Shown here piece by piece: positions 63,501-64,000 of a DNA stretch of 64,000 bases (the first letter of the stretch is position 1; each line of letters begins with the position of its first letter). Under the pieces are notes generated by a model, which did no database searches, was not told the origin of the DNA, and saw only the letters and a program-made list of their open reading frames with translations. Source of the stretch: Hemiscyllium ocellatum (lineage: Eukaryota); assembly GCF_020745735.1 (NCBI RefSeq), contig NC_083412.1, forward strand, positions 21,198,235 to 21,262,234, written 5' to 3'. The position numbers and the translations under genes are program-made.

Positions 63501-64000
63501 TATTAAATATATTTAGCTCTCTTGTCAGTAAAAGCAATTTTTTTGGCAAAATATACAGCAAAAACATTCACTACTGCATTGCTTTAAAATTTCCTGTTAT
63601 GCAATAACTGTGTACTAAATTCCATTTTTGTACTATACCTTTGTAGGAGGAGGGGAAAATTGAAACAGTACCATCGCGAATTATAGGATGAAATGACATG
63701 TCAAATTAAATTCAACGCAGAAAAGTTTACAATGTCATGCACTTTTATCAGACAAAATGAGAGACAACACATTAAAATTCATATACTTTTTAATAAGTGC
63801 AAGGTCAGATAGACAAAGGGTGTTTGTGTGCAATTAAATTAAGGTGACACAATAGTTTAACAAAGTTGTTAAAACATGTGTGCTCCTGAAGTTCATAATT
63901 AGAGGCATAGAGTTCAAAATAAATAGCACACTATGCTAATCCCCAATAAAATGCAATTTTGGCAACGGCTGGAGTGTTCTGTTCAATTCTGGGCAAATGC

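Overview
Vertebrate genomic DNA, almost certainly from a shark or other elasmobranch, judged by HE1/V-SINEs with CR1/HER1-type tails and shark-type Penelope ends. It carries the block SUCLA2(-) / NUDT15(+) / MED4(-) / ITM2B(+), with the same gene order and orientation as human 13q14.2. NUDT15 (3 exons, 160 aa) and MED4 (7 exons, 252 aa) are complete and were assembled by hand from GT-AG sites. Only coding exons 1-2 of SUCLA2 and of ITM2B lie in the window. Most of the rest is retroelement debris: CR1 LINEs, HE1-like V-SINEs, L2-group fragments, and many short Penelope-derived insertions with target-site duplications (TSDs) and minimal hammerhead-ribozyme motifs. The most striking structure is a decayed ~10.4 kb Gypsy LTR retrotransposon that fills nearly all the space between the head-to-head SUCLA2 and NUDT15 promoters. 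It hosts nested Penelope, CR1 and SINE insertions, and a young tandem pair of Tx1-clade elements inserted at the LTR's TATA-like motif. Most ORFs in the supplied track are TE fragments or chance frames. No database searches were run; all family calls rest on recognised motifs.
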